From Ginglymostoma cirratum (Eukaryota), in NCBI GenBank assembly GCA_024137785.1, contig JAHRHZ010000289.1, positions 32,538,417-32,602,416 of the forward strand: DNA of 64,000 nt, given 5' to 3'. Under the pieces are notes generated by a model, which was not told the DNA's origin, did not search any database, and saw nothing but the letters and a program-made list of their open reading frames with translations. Both the position numbers and the translations under genes were made by a program. Positions 62,396-64,000 of this stretch are shown one piece after another; within the stretch, counting starts at the first letter, position 1, and every line of letters starts with the position of its first letter.

Positions 62396-62599
62396 GGAGT
62401 ATTATCTGTAAGTTCTGGCCACATTTTCCTTGTTGATTTCCTGAGCTGAGAATTATTTTGACTGTTCTCTTGACCTGGGAATGGAAATTCAGGTATATAA
62501 GTAACACAAAGAGGCAGGTTCAACTTTGGAAAAGGTGATTTTTTTGACTGAGACCTAGAAACCCTTCTGTATGAAGAGAGTGATCAACACAGGACTTTG

Positions 62600-62850
62600 T
62601 GAGGTGAAAATAATTGGATGAGAGTGTTACCAATTTTGACTGGCCTTTGTGTGAAGAAATGCTTTCCGAATTTAAGATTGTGCAGCCTTTTCCCAGAATT
62701 CCTGAGGAAACTGCTTCTCTGTTTCTTTCATTTCCTCATGGACAGATTGGCCAGCATTTGTTGCCTATTCTTAATTGCCCTGGATCTGACCTTTTCAGAG
62801 GACATTTCAAGGTCAGCTACATCACTGTTGATTTGGGGTAATATGTAGGA
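62600..62850 (-). mobile_element. Old CR1 3' fragment
   Basis: CCTTTGTGTGAAGAAATGCTTTCCGAATT inverse of CR1 RKHFFTQR. Confidence 0.5.
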
Positions 62851-63334
62851 CAGAGCAGGTAAGGGCAGCAGATTTCCTTTCCCTAAACAACATTTATTTT
62901 CCTGAAATGACAGCGACGTTGATGGCCTACGTGATTTTGACAGCCTCAGGAAGTGATGTCATTGCCCTGGATTGAGATTTGAGTTTTGGTTTCAGAAGGC
63001 ATCTGTCTTCATCATGAAGTGAAGGAGCCTCACGTATTGCTGTTCAGGGATCTTTAGACCTACTATTGATATGGTCTCCATCTACTTTCGCTCAGTCTTT
63101 ACCCAGCTGTTTTTACTCTGTCTTATCTAAATGGTTCTTCTCCCACATGCTGCAGCCCAAAAGGCACAACAATGAGATACTATGACTGCAGTAAAACTAA
63201 ATGCTTCACAGAAGTCAGGAATTAATTGTAGAACAAGAGAAAGGGGAAAAGAAAGCATCCAGAACCAGCGAAGTAAAATGACAAATCAACTACTCACCAA
63301 CACAAATGATATACAAATACATATGATAAATGCC

Positions 63335-63452
63335 CAGAGATCTGAAACATCAACTTCATATCTTTCTCCCCAAATGTTGCCAGCTGTGCTGAATACTTTC
63401 AACATTTTCCCATTTTTATTGCAGCTTTCCAGCATTTGGAATACTGTGTTTC
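63335..63452 (+). mobile_element. Old family B-type element
   Basis: TCTGAAACATCAACTTC...CAAATGTTGCCAG...TGCTGAAT...TTTCCAGCATTTG. Confidence 0.6.
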
Positions 63453-63479
63453 TCATTGTGCTCTTTAAATAGCTCCGCC

Positions 63480-63640
63480 CAGTTGGTAAAAGAATGTATG
63501 GTTAGGGCTAAAGCAATCAAAGGATATGGGGAGAAAGCAGGAGTAGGGTATTGAGTTGGATGATTAGCCATGATCATATTGAATAGTGGGCTTGAAGGGC
63601 AGAATGGCCTACTCCTGCTTTTAGTTTCTGTGTTTCCATG
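63480..63640 (+). mobile_element. CR1 3' end
   Basis: AATCAAAGGATATGGGGAGAAAGCAGG...AGCCATGATCATATTGAAT...GAAGGGCAGAATGGCCTACTCCTGCT. Confidence 0.88.
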
Positions 63641-64000
63641 GTATCATGTAACTACTCAGCAAGGAGAAATCACTTTCATAAATGGGTTCTTCAAGCATTG
63701 GATCCTTTTTTAAATTTGATAATGTGACTTTTGAAACATATTCCCAAACATGTCCTGGATGGTTACAGAGGAGCCCAATTCAATCCAGCAAGATGATCCA
63801 TGCACTCTGCCTGTCATATTTGGTCCTTAGTTGCAATTGAATATTTAAGTCAATGCTATGGGAATATCTCTTCTCACTGTTTGCTGTTTTTGTGATGTGA
63901 TAAAGAGGCTCCAGGTGGAGGACTTGAGCCAAATAACTGGGCTGTTAAATAGCGCTCCTCTCAAAAGATAATGTAGCAGAAATTTGTTGCTGATAACAGG

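Overview
Eukaryotic, AT-rich, CpG-depleted and repeat-dense DNA. The repeat content (HE1-type V-SINEs, HER1/CR1 LINEs, Deu-domain SINEs) points to an elasmobranch (shark) genome; this is inference from recalled repeat consensus features, not a database search. I found no convincing host protein-coding exon, rRNA, true tRNA or CRISPR array, so the window is probably intronic or intergenic. Nearly all recognisable ORF-track hits are decayed retroelement fragments. Content: many CR1 fragments, a second CR1/L2-group LINE with its partner SINE, L2 and RTE relics, solo-LTR-like elements, PIF/Harbinger Myb-like relics and a decayed Penelope-like element (GIY-YIG end plus terminal repeat). The most notable signal is about 12 short (90-210 bp) non-coding elements from two related families. 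They carry a minimal type I hammerhead ribozyme motif (CTGAnGA-A-stem II-GAAACGTH), several have clear 11-16 bp target-site duplications, and several occur as collapsed head-to-head palindromes or as a tandem. A third hammerhead-like motif sits in the terminal repeat of the Penelope relic. Boundaries of old repeats are approximate (tens of bp).
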